DNA of 64,000 bases, taken from assembly GCA_965214965.1 (NCBI GenBank), contig OZ244030.1, forward strand, positions 266,239 to 330,238, in the 5' to 3' direction. Under the pieces are notes generated by a model. The model did not search any database. It was given only the letters and a program-made list of their open reading frames with translations, and was not told where the DNA came from. Shown here one piece after another: positions 1 through 9,879 of the stretch (positions within the stretch are counted from its first letter, which is position 1; every line of letters starts with the position of its first letter). The position numbers and the translations under genes are program-made. This stretch comes from Mycoplasmatales bacterium. Its GTDB lineage: Bacteria > Bacillota_I > Bacilli_A > CBDATW01.

Positions 1-1
1 A

Positions 2-1519
2 TTGATGTCAATTATAAAAGCAAAAAATGCAATGTCTTCAGAAGATGCTTTCTTATTGTTTAACTCATTTGGCTTTCCAATTGAGTTAACAAAAGAAATT
101 TGTGAAGAAAAAAATATCAAAGTTGATATAAAAGTATTTAATAAATTATTTGCTGAACACAAAGCTAAAGCTAAGTCTTCATACAAAAAAAGCACACAAA
201 TGGCTATTCAATCAGAAGCTATATCAAAATTGAATGTAAAATCTATATTTGATTATCACGCTGAAGATAAAAATTCAAAAGTCGTCGCTATTATTAAGGA
301 TGATAAAATCGTGGATAAAGCAACTGGAGAAATGTGACTAGCATTTGATGAAACAATTTTTTATGTTAATTCAGGCGGTCAAATTTCGGATGAAGGAACT
401 ATTTCTGGATTAGAAGTTATTGAAACAATAAAATCACCAAATAAAATTCATTTGCATAAAATCAAAACAAATAAAACAATTACTGTTGGCGATGAAATGC
501 AGTTAAGCATTTGAAACCAAAGACCCCAATTAAAAGCCCATCATTCTGGCTCTCACATAGTTCACCAAGCTGTTAAACAGTTGTTTGGGGATAATGCAAA
601 CCAAGCTGGTAAATTTGTTGGAAACACAAGATTAAGATTTGATTTCACAACAACTCAAAAACTTACAAAAAGAGATGCTGATAAAATTGAATCACTTGTT
701 AATGAAATAATTGCTGAAAATAATGATTGTTTCATTAAAGAAATGCCTTATCAAGAAGCTATTGATCAAGGTGCCATCGCTTTATTTACCGAAAAGTATG
801 CAAATGATGTAAGAACAGTAAAAATGGGGGGATCATTTGAACTTTGCGGAGGAACCCATGTTAACAACTCTTCAGAAGTTGAAAGATTTATTATGACTTC
901 TTTTGAATCAAAAGGTTCAGGAGTATATCGTATTGAAGGTATTTGCTCTAAAACTCTTTGTGATGAATATGATAATCAAAGAAATAAGCAATTAAAAGAG
1001 CAAGCACAAAAAGAATCAAGTAAATATGCAAAAAAAGCATTTTTTAAAGAAGTATCATTAATTTCGGATTCATACAAAGAAAACTTAGTTACATTTAATT
1101 CTTGAAAAGAATTAATGATAGATGAAGCTAAGAAAGAACAAAAAGCTTTTGCAAAAGAACTATTTACTCAATTTAGCAACATGGATAAATCTGTTAAAGA
1201 AATTAATGGAATAAATACTTTGATTATTTCAGGAAAAGCTCCAATAGCGACCGGTAAAGAGTTATCAGATCATTATCAAAACAAATTAGAAAACTTAATA
1301 TTTATTTGATTGGGAACATTTGAAAATAAATCTTCTGCCCTTGTATCTGTTTCAAAAGAATTACAAAATAAAATATCAGCCAAAGAAATTTTGAATAAAA
1401 TTAGTATGAAAACTAGTATGAAGGGTGGAGGGTCCCCAGCTTTAGCTCAAGCTGGAGGTGATGTGATAGAAGATGTAAAATCACTAATCTTAGAAATTGA
1501 AGGTTTTATTAATGACTAG
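2..1519 (+). CDS. alaS: alanine--tRNA ligase, C-terminal part (5' end lies upstream of the window)
   Basis: Track ORFs 2-337, 581-1105, 1115-1309 and 1310-1519 share one frame and are separated only by TGA. Contains the AlaRS editing-domain motifs HHSGSHIVHQA and CGGTHV. Ends at TAG 1517-1519. Confidence 0.93.
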
Positions 1520-1931
1520 AGTATTAGCTTTAGATATTGGTAAAGCATCAATTGGTGTTGCAACATCTGATATCATGAGAACCATTGCTTCTCCAATATG
1601 TGCGGTAAAATATGAATATGAAAATCAAGCACAGTTTCTAGATAGGTTAATAGAACTTATTGATGAATATAAACCAGGAGATATTGTAGTAGGACTGCCT
1701 CTTAACATGGATGGGACTGAATCCTCAACTACAACTTATGTAAAAAAAGTTGTAGAATTAGCAAAATTAAAAACTAACATACCTTTTCACTTTGTTGATG
1801 AAAGATGGACATCAAAATCAGCTGAAAAATTAATTGCACAAAATAATGTGAAAAAAACAGAAAGAAAATCTAAGAATGATCAAGTTGCTGCAGCAATTAT
1901 ATTACAAACATTTTTAGAATCACAAATTTAA
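1512..1931 (+). CDS. ruvX: YqgF/RuvX Holliday-junction-resolvase-like nuclease
   Basis: MTRVLALDIGKASIGVATSD N-terminus and LPLNMDGTES motif typical of YqgF. The ATG at 1512 overlaps the alaS stop by 8 nt. Confidence 0.88.
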   Translation: MTRVLALDIGKASIGVATSDIMRTIASPICAVKYEYENQAQFLDRLIELIDEYKPGDIVVGLPLNMDGTESSTTTYVKKVVELAKLKTNIPFHFVDERWTSKSAEKLIAQNNVKKTERKSKNDQVAAAIILQTFLESQI

Positions 1932-1974
1932 TTAAATTTGATATAATTAAATAGCAAAGGAGGATTATTAGACT

Positions 1975-2445
1975 ATGGGAAAGACATTACTAACCAAAGC
2001 CGGTTTAGCTGAATTAAAAACTGAATTAGAAAACCTTCTTAATGTGCAGAGAAAACAAGTTATTGAAGAATTACAAGCAGCAAGAGAACAAGGTGATTTA
2101 TCTGAAAACGCTGATTATGATGCCGCCAGAGAAAAACAAGCACAAATTGAATCTAAAATTAAGGAATTACAATTCGTTTTAGATAACCACACAATTATTA
2201 CAGAAAAAAAGCATGCTAAAACTGATGGAGTTAAAATTGGCGACACTGTTAAAATCAAAAATGTAACTTCAGGCAAAACAGAAGAGTATAAAATTGTCGG
2301 TTCTTTTGAAGCAGATCCATTTGAAAACAAAATTTCAAACGAATCACCACTTGCTTTATCACTATTAGGTCATGAAGAAGGAGAAACAGTAAAAGTTAAG
2401 TCTGTTAAACCTTATAAAGCCAAAATTATATTAATTAAAAATTAA
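1975..2445 (+). CDS. greA: transcription elongation factor GreA
   Basis: 156 aa. Coiled-coil N-terminus with DLSENADYDAAREKQ motif. RBS AAAGGAGG upstream and an extended -10 TGATATAAT at 1939-1947. Confidence 0.93.
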   Translation: MGKTLLTKAGLAELKTELENLLNVQRKQVIEELQAAREQGDLSENADYDAAREKQAQIESKIKELQFVLDNHTIITEKKHAKTDGVKIGDTVKIKNVTSGKTEEYKIVGSFEADPFENKISNESPLALSLLGHEEGETVKVKSVKPYKAKIILIKN

Positions 2446-2449
2446 TTTA

Positions 2450-2475
2450 AAATTCCTAAAAAAGGAATTTTTTAT
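2450..2475 (+). terminator. rho-independent terminator after greA
   Basis: Stem AATTCC / GGAATT with a 7-nt loop, followed by a T-run. Confidence 0.6.
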
Positions 2476-2533
2476 TAATAAATTCATATTTTCCAATTTT
2501 TTAAGATATTTTTTATTTGAAAAGGAGCAGAAA

Positions 2534-2845
2534 ATGAGAGAACTTGAAGAATATGAGTTAGAAAATATGTATGGAGGATCCATTTTATCAGGAGCTGCAA
2601 TAGGTATTGCAGTAGTTTTGGCTGCAGTGGCTGCTTACAGAATGGTCACATCAACCAAAGCTAAAATAAAGCTGCCTAATGGAACAGATATTTCCTTTGA
2701 AAACCCAAGAGAAAAATCTGCAAGCAAAAATTCACTTCAAACTAATAATAAGGCTCAGGAATCATCAAAAATAGTATTAAATGCATTGGATAATAAAGCC
2801 CAAAGTTTTTCTTCAACACCAGGCAATTTTTTAATAAAAATTTAG
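2534..2845 (+). CDS. 103-aa peptide precursor with an N-terminal double-glycine leader and a hydrophobic Gly/Ala-rich helix
   Basis: Strong RBS AAAGGAG 7 nt before the ATG. N-terminus MRELEEYELENMYGG followed by SILSGAAIGIAVVLAAVAAY and a polar Lys/Ser/Asn tail. Insulated by the greA terminator and the rplU promoter. Confidence 0.6.
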   Translation: MRELEEYELENMYGGSILSGAAIGIAVVLAAVAAYRMVTSTKAKIKLPNGTDISFENPREKSASKNSLQTNNKAQESSKIVLNALDNKAQSFSSTPGNFLIKI

Positions 2846-2848
2846 GCA

Positions 2849-2877
2849 TTTACTTTTTAATACATTTTATGTATAAT
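2849..2877 (+). promoter_or_regulatory. sigma-70-type promoter of the rplU-prp-rpmA operon
   Basis: TTTACT (2849-2854), 17-nt spacer, then extended -10 TGTATAAT (2870-2877). Confidence 0.5.
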
Positions 2878-2971
2878 AAACAAGCTTATTAAACTATAAG
2901 CTACAACCTTTGAGAAGAGGCATTCAAGCATAGCGCCTTTATCAAGAGTCTTAGATATAGGAGGTACAAAA
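2878..2971 (+). promoter_or_regulatory. structured 5' leader of rplU (possible L21 ribosomal-protein leader)
   Basis: About 95 nt lie between the promoter and the RBS. Contains hairpin AGCTTAT/ATAAGCT and a GC-richer GAGGC...GCCTT pairing. Firmicute rplU operons carry an L21 autoregulatory leader at this position. Confidence 0.35.
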
Positions 2972-3274
2972 ATGTACGCAATTATTAAAACAGGTGGTAA
3001 GCAATACAAAGTAGAAAAAGGAAAAACAATCTACATTGAAAAGCTTGAAGCTAAAGAAGGTGACAAAGTTACTTTCGAAGAAGTACTATTTGCAAACGGA
3101 AAAGTTGGAGAACCAACAATTAAAGGGGCAAAAGTTATTGGTAAAGTTGAAAAAAACGGAAAAGAAAAGAAAGTCGTTGTTTTCAAATACAAACCAAAGA
3201 AAAAATCAACACGTAAAAAAATGGGTCACAGACAACCCTATACAAAAGTAATGATTGATTCAATCGAGGCATAA
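2972..3274 (+). CDS. rplU: 50S ribosomal protein L21
   Basis: [17 protein letters not shown] is the canonical L21 N-terminus. 100 aa. Confidence 0.95.
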   Translation: MYAIIKTGGKQYKVEKGKTIYIEKLEAKEGDKVTFEEVLFANGKVGEPTIKGAKVIGKVEKNGKEKKVVVFKYKPKKKSTRKKMGHRQPYTKVMIDSIEA

Positions 3275-3275
3275 A

Positions 3276-3593
3276 ATGACAAATATAACAATAACTCGAC
3301 ATGAAAATACAATTAAATCAATTTCAATTTCAAACCATACAATGTTTGATAAAATTGGAAAAGATATTGTTTGTGCTTCAATTTCTACACTTGCATTCTA
3401 TACTATTAATGCAATAAAAGCTTTTGGAAAAGATTGCTGTGTAAAATCACACATAAATGAAACAAAAACTATTATTTCTTTTGAAACAAAAGAAATAGAA
3501 AAAACATCACAAACATTGCTAGAGTTATTAATTAGTCATTTACTTGAACTTGAAAGACAATACAAAGAAAATATTGAAATAGAGGAGAAATAG
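3276..3593 (+). CDS. prp: ribosomal-processing cysteine protease Prp (YsxB family)
   Basis: Sits between rplU and rpmA as in Firmicutes. Has the conserved His (ISNHT) and Cys (DIVCASIS) pattern. I placed the start at ATG 3276, just after the rplU stop. Confidence 0.85.
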   Translation: MTNITITRHENTIKSISISNHTMFDKIGKDIVCASISTLAFYTINAIKAFGKDCCVKSHINETKTIISFETKEIEKTSQTLLELLISHLLELERQYKENIEIEEK

Positions 3594-3595
3594 AC

Positions 3596-3886
3596 ATGAC
3601 ATTTACAATTCAATTACAACTACAATTCTTCGCTTCTAAAAAAGGGCAAGGTTCTACTAAAAACGGTAGAGACTCTGCTGGTAGGCGTCTAGGTGCCAAA
3701 GTTGCAGATGGGCAATTTTGTACGGCTGGATCAATTATTTACCGTCAAAGAGGAACGAAAATCTACCCAGGACTAAATGTTCAAAAAGGTGGAGATGACA
3801 CACTATTTGCAACAATCGATGGTGTTGTTAAATTCGAAAGATTAGGAAAATCAAGAAAAAAAGCTTCTGTTATTCCACAATCTTAA
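3596..3886 (+). CDS. rpmA: 50S ribosomal protein L27 with a cleavable N-terminal extension
   Basis: [27 protein letters not shown]: an L27 core preceded by a 12-aa propeptide ending in the FF/AS Prp cleavage motif. Confidence 0.95.
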   Translation: MTFTIQLQLQFFASKKGQGSTKNGRDSAGRRLGAKVADGQFCTAGSIIYRQRGTKIYPGLNVQKGGDDTLFATIDGVVKFERLGKSRKKASVIPQS

Positions 3887-3897
3887 GATTTGGTAAG

Positions 3898-3925
3898 AGA
3901 AGCTAAAAAAAAGCTTCTTTTTTAT
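3898..3925 (+). terminator. rho-independent terminator after rpmA
   Basis: Stem AGAAGC / GCTTCT with an A-rich loop, followed by TTTTTTA. Confidence 0.6.
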
Positions 3926-3946
3926 TTACAGAAAGGAGAATTAATA

Positions 3947-5221
3947 ATGAACTTTATTGATAAAGTGCAATTAAAAGTTAAAGCTGGTAAAGGTGGAGAC
4001 GGAATAGTTGCATTCATTAGAGAAAAATATATTCCTAAAGGTGGACCTGGTGGTGGAGATGGCGGAAACGGAGCTTCCATCATTGTTGAAGCCGATGAAG
4101 GTCTATCAACTTTGTTACATCTAAAATACCAAAAGAATGTTGTTGGTAAAGACGGTGAAAATGGAGCAAACAAAAAACAACATGGTAAAAATGCTCAAGA
4201 CACTATTGTTAAAGTACCTTGCGGAACTATAATTAAAGAAAATGGTGTAATTGTAGCTGATTTAAATACGCATGGTAAAAGAGTTAAAATCGCTCAAGGC
4301 GGTAAAGGTGGACGAGGTAATGCAAGATTTGCTACTTCTAGAAACTCAACACCTAAAATTTGTGAAAATGGTTCTCTTGGTGAAAATAAAACATTAGAGT
4401 TTGAACTAATTGTTTTAGCTGATGTGGGATTGGTGGGTTACCCTTCTGTTGGTAAATCTACAATAATCTCGGTTATTTCAAATGCTAAGCCTGAAATAGC
4501 AGATTATCATTTCACAACTTTAGCACCGAAATTAGGATTAGTTAAAGTTGATGAATTTAATTCGTTTGTAATAGCTGACTTGCCAGGTTTAATAGAAGGT
4601 GCAAGCCAAGGTAAAGGTTTAGGAATTAGATTTTTAAAACACATCAATCGCTGCCGTGTAATATTACACGTTCTTGATGCATCAAGCATTAATAACAAAG
4701 AGCTTGCAGATGATTTTAGAGCAATCAATAAAGAATTAGAACAATTTGATCCAAAACTCTTAGAGAAAGAAACCATTGTTGTAGTTAATAAAATTGACGA
4801 TCCAGTTTCTAAAGAAAAAATTGCCAAATTCAAAAAAGAATTTCCTGAAATTCAAGTTATGGAAATTTCTGCAATAAAAAAACAAGGAATTGATCATATG
4901 ATCCAAACTACATTTACCAAGTTAAAAAATATTAAAAAAACACAAATGGCAACTGAATCAAAATCAAAACACGTTGATTATTTGTTTGAATCGAAAAATT
5001 CACAAGAAATAGTAATTCATAACAAAGGCAATGGGCTTTGAATTGTTGAAGGCCAAGCAATTAATAATGCTTTGCAAAAAAATCCAATGAATACAGAACA
5101 AAATCAAAGAAGATTTTATCAATTAATAAATAAATTACGAGTTGAAGATAAGTTACTTGAAAGAGGGGCAAAAACAGGGGATACAATCAAAATTGGTGAC
5201 TTAGAATTAGAACTCTCATAA
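3947..5221 (+). CDS. obg: GTPase Obg/CgtA
   Basis: MNFIDKVQLKVKAGKGGDG glycine-rich Obg fold. G-domain motifs GYPSVGKST, DLPGLIEGA and NKID. Track ORF 3890-5041 continues through TGA 5039-5041 to TAA 5219-5221. Start chosen at ATG 3947, after RBS AAAGGAG. Confidence 0.93.
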
Positions 5222-5240
5222 AAAATAATTTAATAAAATG

Positions 5241-5269
5241 TTGTAAATGTTTACATTGTGTGTTATATT
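5241..5269 (+). promoter_or_regulatory. orphan sigma-70-type promoter overlapping a TGTAAA-TG-TTTACA palindrome
   Basis: TTGTAA (5241-5246), 17-nt spacer, then extended -10 TGTTATATT (5261-5269). No CDS follows before a terminator. Confidence 0.45.
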
Positions 5270-5275
5270 CTAATT

Positions 5276-5408
5276 AGGATATTTATATATCCTAAACAAG
5301 AAAAGCAAATAACTTAAAAATGACTAACAATTTATAATTCGTCATTCTTCTTACATACTGTCTAAATATTAATTTACTAACCAAGCACCCACAGGGTGCT
5401 ATTTTTTA
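5276..5408 (+). ncRNA. candidate small RNA (~130 nt), family not recognised
   Basis: Bounded by the promoter at 5241-5269 and the terminator AGCACCC-ACA-GGGTGCT plus T-run (5384-5408). Two internal hairpins: TTAGGATAT/ATATCCTAA at 5274-5295 and AATGAC/GTCATT at 5319-5346. No ORF beyond 5 codons. Confidence 0.35.
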
Positions 5409-5460
5409 TAAAAATTTAATATTAAATTTTATTTTGGTTATTTATTAAATAGGAGGAGTT

Positions 5461-5985
5461 ATGGAATATATAATAGGAAAAGTTATTTCGCAACAAGAAA
5501 ATCAAATTATATTTGAATCTAACAATATTGGATATTGTTTAATTGGTAATGTTTCTAAAGTATGCAAAAAACTTTTTATTCACAAAATTACTAATATTAG
5601 AACATTAGAGGTTTTTAATTATGCATTTGATTCAAGTGAGAAAAAACAACATTTTATTGAGTTACTATCTATTAAAGGTTTTGGCCCTGCTAGTGCATTA
5701 AAACTTATAAATAACAATAATACCGCCATGATTAATGATGCAAGAAAAACCGGCAATATTTATAAATTAAATTCTGAAGGAATTAAACCTTCAATTTTAT
5801 CATTGATTATTACAAAAAACGAAAAGAATATGGAAGCTGAAACCATTTTGATTAAAAAATCTTTAGAGAAATACGGGTTCGATCCCTTTGATATTACAAA
5901 TGCTATTAAAAATCACTATAAACCAAATAAAAAAATAGATAAAAACATAATTTCGATTATTAAGGCTATTAATAATGCAAAATAA
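5461..5985 (+). CDS. ruvA: Holliday junction DNA helicase subunit RuvA
   Basis: 174 aa directly upstream of and overlapping ruvB. Has the HhH segment LLSIKGFGPASALKL. RBS AGGAGG. Confidence 0.85.
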   Translation: MEYIIGKVISQQENQIIFESNNIGYCLIGNVSKVCKKLFIHKITNIRTLEVFNYAFDSSEKKQHFIELLSIKGFGPASALKLINNNNTAMINDARKTGNIYKLNSEGIKPSILSLIITKNEKNMEAETILIKKSLEKYGFDPFDITNAIKNHYKPNKKIDKNIISIIKAINNAK

Positions 5986-6889
5986 TATATTTAATTTTAA
6001 AAATTTTATCGGACAAGAGAAAATCAAGAAGCAATTAAACTTATTTATATTACCCAAACTAATTAAGAACAAAAATTGTGATCATATACTATTAGAAGGA
6101 ATAGCAGGGACAGGCAAAACAACTCTTGCATCCATTATTGCAAATGAAACAAAACAAGATTTTAAAAAAGTCATTGCGCCTGTTATTAAAAATAAATCTG
6201 ATTTAATTTCACTTTTTTGCAACATAGAGGAAGGTACCATAATATTTTTTGATGAAGTTCACAGGCTTGAAGCTTCTATAGAAGAAATGCTTTATCAAAT
6301 TATGGATGAAAACAAATTAAATATTATTGTTGGTAAAGAAGGGGACACTAGGTTTTTGACTGTTGATATACCTAAATTTACTATTATCGCAGCAACAACT
6401 CTTTCTGGTATGCTTAGCACACCTTTTAAAGATAGGTTTGGCTTTAGATTATATATGTCAGAATATAACCAAAAAGATATCCAACAAATTATCAAACAGA
6501 ATTTAGAAGTTAATTTATCTAATGAATTGCTAAAATTTTTATCAGTCCATTCTAAAAATATTCCTAGAATTGCAATTAATATTACAAAAAGAATAAATGA
6601 TTATGGAATATTTTTGGACAGAGAACTTAATAAAACCGATCTTGTTGAAGTACTAAATCTGATTGGTTTTAAATTCGGCTTAAATCATAATGACATTAAA
6701 TATTTGAAATTATTGCAAAAATCTGGGCCTTTATCATTAGAAAGTATTTCAAAGAAACTTTCAATTGAAAAAATTAATATTAAATCTGATATCGAGCCTT
6801 ATTTATTAAAACAGTCATTAATTGAATTGAGTTCAAGGGGTAGAAGCATTAGTGCCAAAGCTATAGAAATGCTAAAAGAAATATTTTAG
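5975..6889 (+). CDS. ruvB: Holliday junction DNA helicase RuvB
   Basis: AAA+ motifs GIAGTGKTTLA (Walker A) and IIFFDEVHRL (Walker B). 304 aa. Confidence 0.93.
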   Translation: MQNNIFNFKNFIGQEKIKKQLNLFILPKLIKNKNCDHILLEGIAGTGKTTLASIIANETKQDFKKVIAPVIKNKSDLISLFCNIEEGTIIFFDEVHRLEASIEEMLYQIMDENKLNIIVGKEGDTRFLTVDIPKFTIIAATTLSGMLSTPFKDRFGFRLYMSEYNQKDIQQIIKQNLEVNLSNELLKFLSVHSKNIPRIAINITKRINDYGIFLDRELNKTDLVEVLNLIGFKFGLNHNDIKYLKLLQKSGPLSLESISKKLSIEKINIKSDIEPYLLKQSLIELSSRGRSISAKAIEMLKEIF

Positions 6890-6930
6890 TTTATGTTATA
6901 ATATATTATGCTTATAGTATAAGGATTATA

Positions 6931-9312
6931 ATGAAAAAAAGTAGATTATTAACATTAGTAATATTTTTAGCAACCATTATATATGGTCTTTTTTCAAATA
7001 AAGGCCTTGTTACTAAAAATGTTAAAAAAGGCATTGAATTTTCTGGTGGTATCGAAATTCTGTCACAAGTAAAAAGCAATACTTCATCTAAAATAGACAT
7101 GGAAGGTATAGCTAACACTATTGCTAAACGTATCGATGCAGCAGGAGTTAAAAACCCACAAATTGATATTGAACAAGGAATTGATAATTCAGGTAAATCT
7201 GTACAAAAAATCAGAACAACAATTGCTGGTGTTCAAGATTCTGAAATAAAGCCTTTAACAGAATTAATAACTTCTCAAGGTTTAATTTCATTTAGAGACA
7301 CTGATGATAATTTCCTTGCTAAAGGAACTGATTTTCTTGTGCCAAACGGGGCTTCTTTAGCTTTCCAAGATGGAAAACCTATTGTTTCTTTACAAGTTGC
7401 AAAAAAAGAAGTTATTAGAGAAATGTCTAACTCAATTAAGTATATGCCAGAAGGTAAAAACAAAATGGTTATTTGAGTGGATTTTGATCCAGAAACAGAT
7501 TCTTATGCTAAATATGAACAATATATAAGGTCAGGACAATGTTATACTTCAAAAGATATTGAAATAATTAAAACATGTAATAAAGTTATTTCCGCAGCTA
7601 GTGTTAATTCTGAACTAAACGGAGATATTATTATCTCAGGTGGATTTACACCAGAATCCGCTAGACAATTAGCTTCATACATAAACTCAGGTTCTTTTGA
7701 GTACAAACTAAAAGTCGAAGAAATAAACTCGGTAGTAGGCGCATATGGTCAACAAGCATTCCAAAGAGCTATTAATGCTTCAAAAATTGCCATTGTAGCA
7801 GTTTCAGCATTTATGTTCTTCATTTATGGGTTAGGTGGGTTATTCTCAATTTTATCTCTTATCATTTATTTATTTGCTGTTCTTTCTACATTCAATTGAT
7901 TAGGTGGAGAATATGGACCAGATACTATAGCCGCCTTAATTATTGGTTTTGGTATGGCAGCAGATGCTTCAATTATTTTGTTTGAAAGATTTAAAGACGA
8001 ATTACTTAAAGGTAGAGATATTGAATTATCATTTGATCAATCAAACAAAAAATCCCTATCATCAATTATTGACTCTAACATAACAACATTTATTGTTGCA
8101 TTTATCTTGTTCCAGTTCGGTTCAAGAACAGTTAAGGGATTTTCTATTATGCTTTCAATTTCTATTTTCTGGACAGCTGTTATTATTGTTGGTATAACTA
8201 GATTTAATTTAAATATGATTATCAAATCAGGAATTATGGAAAATAAAAAACATTGATTTGGTGTTAAGAAAAAACACATTCCTAAATCTGTACAAAGAGA
8301 AGCAACTTATAAAGGTCTTTGAAACAAAATTGATTTTATAGGTAAAGCCAAAAAACTAATCGCCATTTCACTTATGGTTATAGGCCTTGGTCTAACAGTT
8401 GCTGGATCAAAAGGAACAAATAATTCTATTCAGTTTACTGGTGGAACAAGAGTATCGACTCATACAACTATTGACTTTGGTCAGGAAAAAGAAATTGTAA
8501 ATATCCAAAAAGATATTGCTTCAATTATCTCTTCTACAGGTGCGAAAATTTCTGAAAAAGAAATTAGACTTGGTAAAAATAACGATAAAAAATACACAAT
8601 CACTTTCAACACAAAAAATGATATTGCTAATAATTGGCAAGATGTAAAATCAAAACTTGAAGCAAAATATCCAGACTATAAATTCTCATCATCCATTGTT
8701 TCTTCAAATGTGGCAAAAAACACATTCTACAATGCAATGAAATCAATTGGATGAGCAATTATAGCAATTATCATATATATTTCTGTCAGGTTTAAATGAT
8801 CATACTCAATTGCTGCTATTATTGCATTGGTGCATGACTCATTACTTGTTTATGCCTTATTTGCAATATTTGGTTTAGAAGTTAATGTAGCTTTCATTTC
8901 TGCCATACTAGCCATAATAGGTTACTCTATTAATGATACTATCGTTTCTTTTGATAGAATTAGAGAGAACATGAATTCAAGGCCTAGGTCAGATCTTCAA
9001 ATTGCTGATCTAAAAATCATTGCTAACAAAGCGACAAGACAGACAGTAACAAGATCATTATTTACATCTATTACAACACTAATAGCTATATTTACTTTGA
9101 TTGTGTTTGGTTCAAAAGCATCATTACTATTTAACACCGCAATGTTTATAGGATTAGTTGCAGGTACTTACTCTTCTATTTGAGTGGCATCATATTGTTG
9201 AGTTATACTTGAAAATATTAGAATTAAACGCCTAAAAGCAGCTGTTTATAAGCCTCTTCCTAAAATTGATGGAGAACCAGATGAAAATGTTTTCCCAGGA
9301 GTTAATGATTAA
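6931..9312 (+). CDS. secDF: fused protein-export membrane protein SecDF
   Basis: Track ORFs 6931-7476, 7477-7899, 7954-8256, 8374-8754 and 8827-9183 are one frame joined through TGA codons (all junctions checked). Two SecD/SecF-type 6-TM halves. Extended -10 TGTTATAAT at 6894-6902. Confidence 0.9.
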
Positions 9313-9824
9313 TGGATTTAAAAAAAATAATTAAAACAATACCAGATTTTCCAATTGATGGAATTCAATTTAGAGATATCACACCAATTTTATTAAACCC
9401 TGAAGCATTTAATTATGTTGTAAATACAATGGCGGAAATTGTTCGCAACTGAGATGCTGATGTTATTTTAGGGTCAGAATCTCGAGGGTTTATATTTGCA
9501 TGTCCAATTGCTTCAAAATTAAACATGGCATTTGTGCCTATTAGAAAACCAGGCAAATTACCCAGAGAAGTAATTTCTCAAAATTATGAACTAGAATATG
9601 GAACTAATTCCATAGAAATTCACAAAGAAGATATACAACAAGGACAAAAAGTTGTAATTGTTGATGATCTCCTTGCTACCGGGGGCACTATAAAAGCTGC
9701 TATAGATCTTGTAGAATCGCAAGGTGCAGAAGTTGTTGGTTGCGTGTTTTTAATCCGCTTAAAAGATCTTAATGGCTTGGAAAAAATAAAAAAATACGAA
9801 GTAAAAGCATTACTAGAATATTAA
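9312..9824 (+). CDS. apt: adenine phosphoribosyltransferase
   Basis: PRPP-binding motif VVIVDDLLATGGT. The ATG overlaps the secDF stop (TAATG). One in-frame TGA. Confidence 0.92.
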
Positions 9825-9829
9825 AGCTA

Positions 9830-9852
9830 AAATCTGCCTAGGCAGATTTTTG
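9830..9852 (+). terminator. rho-independent terminator after apt
   Basis: AAATCTGCC-TA-GGCAGATTT followed by TTTG. Confidence 0.6.
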
Positions 9853-9879
9853 TTATATAATATATAAAGGAGTTGAGAA

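Noticed and set aside
3922-4833. Minus-strand ORFs 3922-4173 and 4507-4833 inside obg. Similar antisense or alternate-frame ORFs: 2115-2330, 3036-3251, 9990-10313, 10718-10963, 11567-11791, 13004-13360, 14911-15144, 20020-20274, 21912-22187, 37559-38074, 40408-40656, 43609-43872, 44921-45151, 47418-48632, 52431-52658, 54504-54812 and 61937-62173
   Set aside because: Each overlaps a strongly supported conserved gene in another frame or strand. None has an RBS or a recognisable motif.
5319-5337. 5-codon ORF ATGACTAACAATTTATAA inside the candidate sRNA
   Set aside because: It has no RBS and lies within a predicted hairpin. It is too short to support as a coding feature.
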